64,000 bases of DNA from Eledone cirrhosa (lineage: Eukaryota), in assembly GCA_964016885.1 (NCBI GenBank), contig OZ024745.1, positions 79,732,001-79,796,000 of the forward strand, written 5' to 3'. This document shows positions 54,601 through 64,000 of this stretch, one piece after another; within the stretch, counting starts at the first letter, position 1; each line of letters opens with the position of its first letter. The notes below the pieces were generated by a model. It ran no database searches. It had not been told where the DNA came from and was given only the letters and a program-made list of their open reading frames with translations. The translations under genes and the position numbers were made by a program.

Positions 54601-57497
54601 AGTAACCGGGACCCTGTCTATGTGTTTTCTCGAGATTGACCACGCAGGTCACTAATTTGTGATCCGTGTAGCCAACCGTGCGCATTTCTGGACAGCTTAA
54701 TATGTCCCTATCCTTACTTCTAACTAAGAATCTATCTAAGTACGATCTAGATTGACCACTGTGGTTTCTCCAAGTCCAGGTAGGCACAGTTGGAAAATCT
54801 AGTCGATATCTATCGACCAAGTTAAAACGGTCGAGTAACCCCTTGAGGCTGTTACACCCCCTTCTATTAGGACATGCTCCTGCATAGTCCCAACGTGCAT
54901 CCAGGATGTCATTCCAATCCCCCGCTAGAAGCAGGGAACGCGACGTTCCCAGAAAAGTCTCCAAACGCTGGAAGAAGTCGGGCCGTTCAGCTCCGAAAGG
55001 GGAGTAGACGGCGACCAGTCTCAAGGCCGCACTTTCACTACTGCCAACGTCTAGCACCAACAAACGACCCTCCGGGTCCGAGTGCACAACCTGTACGGCA
55101 AGACCCAGGTGTTTTTGCAGCAGTACGACAACCCCACCCCCACCTCCAGGTTGACAGAGAGATGCATGCACCTCAAAGTCATCGAAGGTGGGGGCCAGCT
55201 GCCGCACGGCGCTGATTCGAGTCTCACAGATAACCATTACATTTATACTACATGACCTGAGGTCATTTAGAAGCTTTGCTTGCTTCCAAGTTGAGCCCAG
55301 GCCACGTGCATTTAAACATCCTACTCTTAACACATCCATGTGGGCGGCAGAGCCAAAGGAGAGTGTAGAGACCTACTTTTCCGCTTCCCGGGGTTCGGGT
55401 TGCACGACTTCCATGGGGTCGGGGGTGTTGGGTGAAGGGGTGTCTTGTGGTGGTGTGGGGTCGTCAGTGTGTGGTGAGGTTGGGGTGTTTGGAGTTGTGT
55501 TGGGGAGGGGAAGGGGAGGGGGAAAGCTTTTTAGTAGGACGCGGTTTATGGGTTTGACAGAGGGTGGTCCTACGTCCTCCTTAAAATCCTTTTTTAGTTT
55601 TTGGTAGAGGTTCATTGGGATCTTTATTAATTTTAAATGTGGGTAGTTTTCTGACGAAACAAAGTTGTCACCTTCGGTTTGTACCGAAGGATTATTGTAT
55701 ATGAGTTCATTTAATTTATTATTGTTTCTGTTGATGTAAGTATAGTGTAATGTCTTTTTTTCGGATGGTGTGAGTGTTTCGAAGAGGGGAGGGGCAGGTT
55801 TGGTTTTGTTTGTTTCTGGAGGGGTGTTTCCTGTTTTGTTGGATTGTGTTGAGATTTGGGTGGGGGTTGTTTGTCCTTGTGTGTTTTGCACATGTTTTCT
55901 TTTTTTCCTTTTAATCTGTCTGAAGGACTCCGTTTCTTCCTCCGAATTCGTTGGGTTATCTTCAGTGTTGGAGGGAAGAGGTATGTTTGCTGGTAATGTT
56001 TCCGTGTTGGTTTTCTTTGTGTGGGAGATGGATGTCACTACGTTAGACTGTGTTGTGTGTTGTGTCTGCGGTGGTTGTGTTGTTTTATTGAGTGAGAGGT
56101 TGGGTGGGCCTGTATTTTGTTTTGGGGGTAATGTGTTGTGACTGTTTGTGTTGTGGTGGTGTTGTGGTTTTACTGAGGGACGGGTTGGGTGGGACTGAGT
56201 TTTGTTGTTTGTTTATCTGTTGTGGTGGTGGTGGTGGAGCTGGTGTTGGTAGCAGGGTTTTCTTTTTGTTGAGTTGGGGACAAGCGGCCTTCAGGTGCCC
56301 TCTGCCTGCACAGATATGGCAGGACGGCCTTCTCCCCTCCACGCTAATGTTTATATACCCGTGGTCCTCTAATAGTATTCTGTCGGGTATTTGGGCGATG
56401 CGTTCAGGCTTCATTTGCACTACCAGCTCTATACCTGTTCCACTGAACGCATTGCCTGTGGTTTTCCCAATGGAAATCACGTTGTCATTCACTGGATCGA
56501 TGAAGCCAGCTATGAGCCAGCAGTAGTCCACATCTGGCATCATTGCATCCAGCCATATGCGTTGAGTTCTTTTCCCCATATAAGATGGATAAATGGTGAA
56601 ATTTTTCGAACGAATCGGTGACAAAGCACATTTTTTTGCCGCCAATTCGTTCTTCATGATAATTGCTAGGCTTCCATACAGTCTGTCTTTTCTTATGAAA
56701 GTGGTTTCATTAAGTACTTCTGTGAGTACTGTTTTGATATCTGCTTGAGAAGGCTGTTCAGGTTTTTTTGTACTGTTGTTGATGGTCCGAAACTTGACCG
56801 TTCGGCTTTCAATGTCTTTGGTGAATTCTTGAGGCATTTTTACCGATAAAATACCATTCTCTCCTTCACTTATGTATTGTTTGGCGTCTGTGATCCTTCG
56901 TGCCACATCTGAAATATTTTCCGCTATATAAGTCAAAGATTTCTTTGTTTTCTGTGCAAATGAAATCTTGTCGTCTGCTTTGCTTTCTGTTATGGTGTTA
57001 TTTTCAAATGTTATTTTTGTGTTTGTTGTGTCTTTGTTTGTGTTATTAGTATTGTCATGCAATTTTTCAAATTTTTTTTTTCGTTGTTGGAATCCATGTC
57101 CAGATTTGTGTTTGCGTCATTTTTTTTCTCCGCAGATTCGTCTGTTTTTATTTTAATTTTTCCTTCCTTCTCTATGACGTTAGTTGGGAAGGAAGGGGGG
57201 ACTAAAGCGTGCGAGCTTACAACTCTTACCGCTGTCCCCCCACCACTATTTTCGTTCGCTGCGTTTAACATTTCTGTTAGACGATTGAAATTTTTTACAC
57301 AACATTTTTTAAAACAGGTTTTTCACCTCTAGGAGGGGTAAAGATGAGCTGACCCACCGCCTGACAGTTCAGACGGAGGGTCAAGCTACACAATTGTATC
57401 AAAATTAAGTTTGAACTCACAAAATTTCCTCAATAAATTTGAACAAAACTTCTGTGCGAAGTGAATGACATCCACACTGTAGAACAGACGACAGCTA
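51695..57497 (-). mobile_element. Full-length Tx1-type retrotransposon (copy D)
   Basis: ORF1 57271-55373 (CHICAGRGHLKAAC), ORF2 55339-51910. Confidence 0.95.
51910..55339 (-). pseudogene. ORF2 of copy D (EN-RT-zinc finger), two frameshifts
   Basis: 717-aa, 396-aa and 73-aa ORFs in series; GDWN, YTDH, QGCPLS, YADD. Confidence 0.93.
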
Positions 57498-57532
57498 GAT
57501 TAATGAGATAGATAGATAGATAGATAGATAGA

Positions 57533-60500
57533 TTTCTTTATTTACCATAAAGGCATAAAAAGAAGGGACAAATACAAAGGGGGAGTTTACATATAATCGA
57601 GTAAAAAGGGTGTAACATGAAAATAATCGAAAATAACCTCAAAAGGGAGAGGACGTGATGGGGGTTGCACACACCCCCGAAAAAGTGTGCAATCCTTTGC
57701 CCGGGGAGCACATGGAGAAGGTGCTCCCCTCTCCTTTACTTCTTTACCTACAGGATGGTATACAGAGAAGGCCCATTTACACGAGCCATTCTCGCGACTA
57801 TCACCCACCTTTCATAAAACTGCCTGTGGCCAAGCACCTCTCTCTCCATTCTTATCCTTCTTCCGAAGTGATATCGGAAGAAGTAGACCAGACTATGGCC
57901 AGAGAGGAAGTTGCCTGACCTTTCAATCGTGTCCACCAAACAACCTCTTTCAACATGGCTATTACGCACAGAAAAACCGCCTTTGCTTCCTTTGTGAAGA
58001 GGGGAGGCGGTTTGATTGTCATCACGGACTCGGCGGTCAATTTAATCGGCGCCACCCGCGACAGCAGTCGTTCGGCGTAGCCCCACAGATCAGCCACGCC
58101 CGGACATTGCACTAATGCGTGCGCAACGGTTTCTTCGTGACGCACGCATCTAGGGCAAATCTTTTTTTGAGGGATCCCTGCCCGGGCGCCCGTGTCTGTA
58201 GAGCCTCTCTCGAACGGGTAGAGCCCCCCGGTAGTACTGCCAGTGACTTCTGGAAGTTGTCCATTGGTCCTGGGCCGAAAGTCCTACCGAACAGGCTGGC
58301 CAGTTCGTCTTCTTCCATGTCCAGCGACTCTCCAAGGGTGTCATCGCCCCTGCTAGCCACCAGCCCTCTATAGAATGATGAGGTGGATTCTCCACCGATG
58401 GCCTGGCCCGCTTGCCAGAGAGCCCTGAGCGCCTGAGCACACTCAGTGTGCCAGTCTCCCAGTTTTCCGGATCTTTGCTTGACCCAGGACTGTAGCTCGG
58501 TGAGCGAGACGAGTCTCGGAAAGGCTCGTTTCACGAACGGAGCCCACACCGGTTGACCAGTGAGGAATACCTGTAGGTGCCGTAGCCTTAATGCGTGCCT
58601 ACGCATCATCAACCACGGCATCCCCAGCCCTCCTTTCGAAGGTTGTTGGCAGCAGATGGATCTTCTCACCATAGGAGGACGCTTCTTCCAAAGAAATTGG
58701 AAGAGCATGCGTTCCATGGTGGTGAGTGTTTCCTTAGGGCAAGGCACGACAGTCAGGCGGTAGTAAGTGACGGACGCTATGTAAATGTTCGCCACCTCCG
58801 CCCGGCCTTTTAGGGACAGCTTACACTTGGCCCATTTCTGGGTTAGTGCAAACACCTTGTTCGTAACCTCGTTCCAGTTCTTTTCCACCTGGAGGTCCGG
58901 TCCAAACCAGACCCCAAGCAACTATACCGGGCCTTCCGTCCAGTGTCCGACGACACCGTCAGGAGGCATCGGTCTGCCTCTCCACGTTCCGAGTTGCAGC
59001 CCGATGGATTTTTCCCGGTTCAGTTTCGCTCCTGACAACCTTTCGTACTCCTCCAGTAAGGTACCGATCGCCTGATCTCCGAGTCGGTTGATACCATTAC
59101 TGTTACGTCATCGGCGTAGGCCGACACCGCTTTGCTCAATCCTGGTTCCAGGGGGATACCCTGCAACAACTCCAACTTCCTCAGTAAAGGCTCGAGAGTC
59201 AATACGTACAGAAGGGAGGAGAGAGGGCACCCCTGTCGAATGGATCGTGTGATTTCGAACGGCTTCGAAAGGTAGCCGTTCACCTTGATCCTAGAACAGA
59301 TGTGGTTGCTATGTAGCGCAGTGATCCAGCCTCTAAAAACAGGACCGAACCCAGCCGCCGCTAGCACCGCATCCAGGTAACCATGGTCGACCCTATCGAA
59401 GGCCTTAGACTGATCCAAGTTGATCAGGGCCCCACCGAAGCCGGGTTTGTTGCCAACCCTCTCTATGATGTATCGCATGAGGTGGAGGTTATCGTGAATG
59501 GACCTGGATGGGATAGCACATGTCTGCGCATCTCCCACCAGGCCACCCACGACAAGCGCCAACCTCTTTACTAACACCTTGGCCAAAATCTTTAACTCTG
59601 TGTTTAGCAGGGTTATGGGCCGAAAATTATTTATATTATCCCCCTTGTTCTCGTCCTTCCTCACCAGCGTGACTACGCCCTTGGCTACAGAACAAGGAAT
59701 TCTCCCGTTCTGCTGCCAATTGCAGTAGACCGCTTCGAGGAGTTCGGAGAAGAAGACCGGCATTGCTAAATAAAGTTCGTAAGGTATACCATCGAGACCT
59801 GGAGATTTGCGTCTGCTGCATTGGCTCAGCGCATCTCCGATCTCATCAGCCGAGATTGGTCCCTCGCAGGACTCTGCCTCTTCGTTCGAGAGACGCGGCA
59901 GGCCGTCGAGGTATGGACCGAAATCCACGCCCCCGCCCGGACCCTCGCCTCCCCCGAACAATCGGGCAAAGTGCCTTTGAAAGGCCTCGCACATCTGCTT
60001 AGGCTCCCGGATCACCCGTCCATCTTCGTCTTGCAACGACCGGATGGTGGATCGATTTCCACTCTTAGCTTCTGTCACGCGGGCCCATCCAACGGCTTTG
60101 GCCCCCTCATTACCTAGAGCACGTATTTTACTTCGAATGACGCAGCCTTCGTGCTTTGCATCGAAAAACTGGTTCAAGGCCGTCCTCGATGGCAGCACTC
60201 TGGCCACATCTTCGCTCTTGATTGCCTCTTCTAATTTACCTGTTAATTCTTTCTCGTTTCTATTCCTATCGGCAGCTAACATCTTGCTATAACTTATTGA
60301 TTCTGTTCTAATCTCTCTTTTGAGAGATGCCCACCATCGGTTGTTGACGATTGCACCCGTCAACCTCTCCTTAACTAATCTGCTAATCCGGTTTCTGTAA
60401 GTCTCTTTTGCCGGTAAAGACAAATTAAGTTTCCAGTAACCGGGACCCTGTCTATGTGTTTTCTCGAGATTGACCACGCAGGTCACTAATTTGTGATCCG

Positions 60501-63333
60501 TGTAGCCAACCGTGCGCATTTCTGGACAGCTTAATATGTCCCTATCCTTACTTCTAACTAAGAATCTATCTAAGTACGATCTAGATTGACCACTGTGGTT
60601 TCTCCAAGTCCAGGTAGGCACAGTTGGAAAATCTAGTCGATATCTATCGACCAAGTTAAAACGGTCGAGTAACCCCTTGAGGCTGTTACACCCCCCTCTA
60701 TTAGGACATGCTCCTGCATAGTCCCAACGTGCATCCAGGATGTCATTCCAATCCCCCGCTAGAAGCAGGGAACGCGACGTTCCCAGAAAAGTCTCCAAAC
60801 GCTGGAAGAAGTCGGGCCGTTCAGCTCCGAAAGGGGAGTAGACGGCGACCAGTCTCAAGGCCGCACTTTCACTACTGCCAACGTCTAGCACCAACAAACG
60901 ACCCTCCGGGTCCGAGTGCACAACCTGTACGGCAAGACCCAGGTGTTTTTGCAGCAGTACGACAACCCCACCCCCACCTCCAGGTTGACAGAGAGATGCA
61001 TGCACCTCAAAGTCATCGAAGGTGGGGGCCAGCTGCCGCACGACGCTGATTCGAGTCTCACAGATAACCATTACATTTATACTACATGACCTGAGGTCAT
61101 TTAGAAGTTTTGCTTGCTTCCAAGTTGAGCCCAGGCCACGTGCATTCAAACATCCTACTCTTAACACATCCATGTGGGCGACAGAGCCAAAGGAGAGTGT
61201 AGAGACCTACCTTTCCGCTTCCCGGGGTTCGGGTTGCACGACTTCCATGGGGTCGGGGGTGTTGGGTGAAGGGGTGTCTTGTGGTGGTGTGGGGTCGTCA
61301 GTGTGTGGTGGAGTTGGGGTGTTTGGAGTTGTGTTGGGGAGGGGAAGGGGAGGGGGAAAGCTTTTTAGTAGGACGCGGTTTATGGGTTTGACAGAGGGTG
61401 GTCCTACGTCCTCCTTAAAATCCTTTTTTAGTTTTTGGTAGAGGTTCATTGGGATCTTTATTAGTTTTAAATGTGGGTAGTTTTCTGACGAAACAAAGTT
61501 TACACCTTCGGTTTGTACCGAAGGATTATTGTATATGAGCTCATTTAATTTATTATCGTTTCTGTTGATGTAAGTATAGTGTAATGTCTTTTTTTCGGAT
61601 GGTGTGAGTGTTTCGAAGAGGGGAGGGGCAGGTTTGGTTTTGTTTGTTGCTGGAGGGGTGTTTTCTGTTTTGTTGGATTGTGTTGAGATTTGGGTGGGGG
61701 TTGTTTGTCCTTGTGTGTTTTGCACATGTTTTCTTTTTTTCCTTTTAATCTGTCTGAAGGACTCCGTTTCTTCCTCCGAATTCGTTGGGTTATCTTCAGT
61801 GTTGGAGGGAAGAGGTATGTTTGCTGGTAATGTTTCCGTGTTGGTTTTCTTTGTGTGGGAGATGGATGTCACTATGTTAGACTGTGTTGTGTGTTGTGTC
61901 TGCGGTGGTTGTGTTGTTTTATTGAGTGAGAGGTTGGGTGGGCCTGTATTTTGTTCTGGGGTAATGTGTTGTGACTGTTTGTGTTGTGGTGGTGTTGTGG
62001 TTTTACTGAGGGACGGGTTGGGTGGGACTGAGTTTTGTTGTTTGTTTATCTGTTGTGGTGGTGGTGGTGGAGCTGGTGTTGGTAGCAGGGTTTTCTTTTT
62101 GTTGAGTTGGGGACAAGCGGCCTTCAGGTGCCCTCTGCCTGCACAGATGTGGCAGGACGGCCTTCTCCCCTCCACGCTAATGTTTATATACCCGTGGTCC
62201 TCTAATAGTATTCTGTCGGGTATTTGGGCGATGCGTTCAGGCTTCATTTGTACTACCAGCTCTATACCTGTTCCACTGAACGCATTGCCTGTGGTTTTCC
62301 CAATGGAAATCACGTTGTCATTCACTGGATCGATGAAGCCAGCTATGAGCCAGCAGTAGTCCACATCTGGCATCATTGCATCCAGCCATATGCGTTGAGT
62401 TCTTTTCCCCATATAAGATGGATAAAAGGTGAAATTTTTTGAACGAATCGGTGACAAAGCACATTCTTTTGCCGCCGATTCGTTCTTCATGATAATTGCT
62501 AGGCTTCCATACAGTCTGTCTTTTCTTATGAAAGTGGTTTCATTAAGTACTTCTGTGAGTACTGTTTTGATATCTGCTTGAGAAGGCTGTTCAGGTTTTT
62601 TTGTACTGTTGTTGATGGTCCGAAACTTGACCGTTCGGCTTTCAATGTCTTTCGTGAATTCTTGAGGCATTTTTACCGATAAAATACCATTCTCTCCTTC
62701 ACTTATGTATTGTTTGGCGTCCGTGATCCTTCGTACCACATCTGAAATGTATTCCGCTATATAAGTCAAAGATTTCTTTGTTTTCTGTGCAAATGAAATC
62801 TTGTCGTCTGCTTTGTTTTCTGATATGGTGTTATTTTCAACTGTTATTTTTGTGTTTGTTGTCTTTGTTTGTGTTATTAGTATTGTCATGCAATTTTTCA
62901 AATTTTTTTTTTACGTTGTTGGAATCCAAGTCCAGATTTGTGTTTTCGTCATTTAATTTTTTCTCCGCAGATTCGTCTGTTTTTATTTTAATTTTTCCTT
63001 CCTTCTCTATGACGTTAGTTGGGAAGGAAGGGAGGACTAAAGCGTGCGAGCTTACAACTCTTACCGCTGTCCCCCCCACCACTATTTTCGTTCGCTGCGT
63101 TTAACATTTCTGTTAGACGATTGAAATTTTTTACACAACATTTTTTAAAACAGGTTTTTCACCTCTAGGAGGGGTAAAGATGAGCTGACCCACCGCCTGA
63201 CAGTTCAGACGGAGGGTCAAGCTACACAATTGTATCAAAATTAAGTTTGAACTCACAAAATTTCCTCAATAAATTTGAACAAAACTTCTGTGCGAAGTGA
63301 ATGACATCCACACTGTAGAACAGACGACAGCTA
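57533..63333 (-). mobile_element. Full-length Tx1-type retrotransposon (copy E), near-identical to D
   Basis: Offset ~5834 bp from D; ORF1 ~63107-61207, ORF2 61173-57748. Confidence 0.95.
57748..61173 (-). pseudogene. ORF2 of copy E, frameshifted
   Basis: 717-aa ORF nearly identical to that of copy D, with further lesions downstream. Confidence 0.93.
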
Positions 63334-63354
63334 GATGATAGATAGATAGATATG

Positions 63355-64000
63355 TTTCTTTTATTTGCCACTAGGGCATCAAAAGTGGGACAAGTACAAA
63401 GGGGGAGTTTACACAAAAAGGCGTCCTCAATAAGGAGGAGGCAATAACAAAATATAAAAATAAAATGAGATATAACAAAAAATAAAATTTTTAACAAAAT
63501 CCTCAATAGAGAGGAGGCGCCTTGGGGGGTCGCACACACCCCCGAAAAAAGTGTGCAACCCTTCTCCTCAGGAGCACAGAGAAGGGGTGCTCCCTTGGTC
63601 TTTCATCTTCCTCACCTATAGTCTGATGTAGAGTGAAGGCCCATTCACACGGGCCATTCTCGCCACTTTCACCCATCTTTCATAGAAACGGCTGGGGTGC
63701 AGCACCTCTCTCTCCATCCTGATCCTTCTTCCGAAATGATATCGGAAGAAACGGACCAGTTGTTGGCCAGAGAGAAAGGTGCCCGACCTCAGTCCTTTCA
63801 GACGCGTCCACCATACAACCTCTTTCGCCATGGCTATTACGCACAGAAACACCGCCTCTGCTTCATCTTTGAAGGGGGGAGGCGGCTTGATCATTACAAT
63901 AGACTCGGTGGTCAACCGGATCGGTCCCACCCTTGACAGCAGTTGTTCGACATAGCCCTACAGATCGGCTACGCCCGAGCAGTGTACCAATGCGTGTGCA
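63355..64000 (-). mobile_element. 3' end of another Tx1-type copy (F), runs off the right edge
   Basis: ORF2 C-terminus ...ERWVKVARMARVNGPSL and conserved 3' UTR adjoining (GATA)n. Confidence 0.92.

Noticed and set aside
43507-64000. CRISPR-like array or LTR elements
   Set aside because: The intervening units are multi-kb EN-RT LINEs and the repeats are simple tetramers; no cas genes, integrase or LTRs.

Overview
Eukaryotic, repeat-saturated animal DNA with no confidently supported host gene. The tRNA-derived SINEs and microsatellite load look like an octopus/cephalopod genome (inference). Three layers dominate. (1) Tx1-type L1-clade non-LTR retrotransposons: nine copies or remnants from several diverged families. 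Five sit head-to-tail from ~43.6 kb to the window end, separated only by short (GATA)n tracts, which points to (GATA)n/(TATC)n target specificity. (2) A (TA)n-rich block at ~7-15 kb, plus sites at 25, 36 and 40 kb, full of Penelope-type fold-back insertions carrying hammerhead ribozyme motifs. Among these is a non-coding, tandemly repeated ~490-640 bp family with seven copies of a hammerhead core whose three strands are in non-circularly permuted order, held by covarying pseudoknot helices. This is the strongest candidate for an undescribed system. (3) DNA transposons (a mariner with 103-bp TIRs, a 7-kb hAT with ~650-bp inverted arms and an 8-bp TSD), an R4-like and a CR1-like LINE remnant, and SINEs. 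All structure calls were made by eye, and boundaries are approximate to a few bases.
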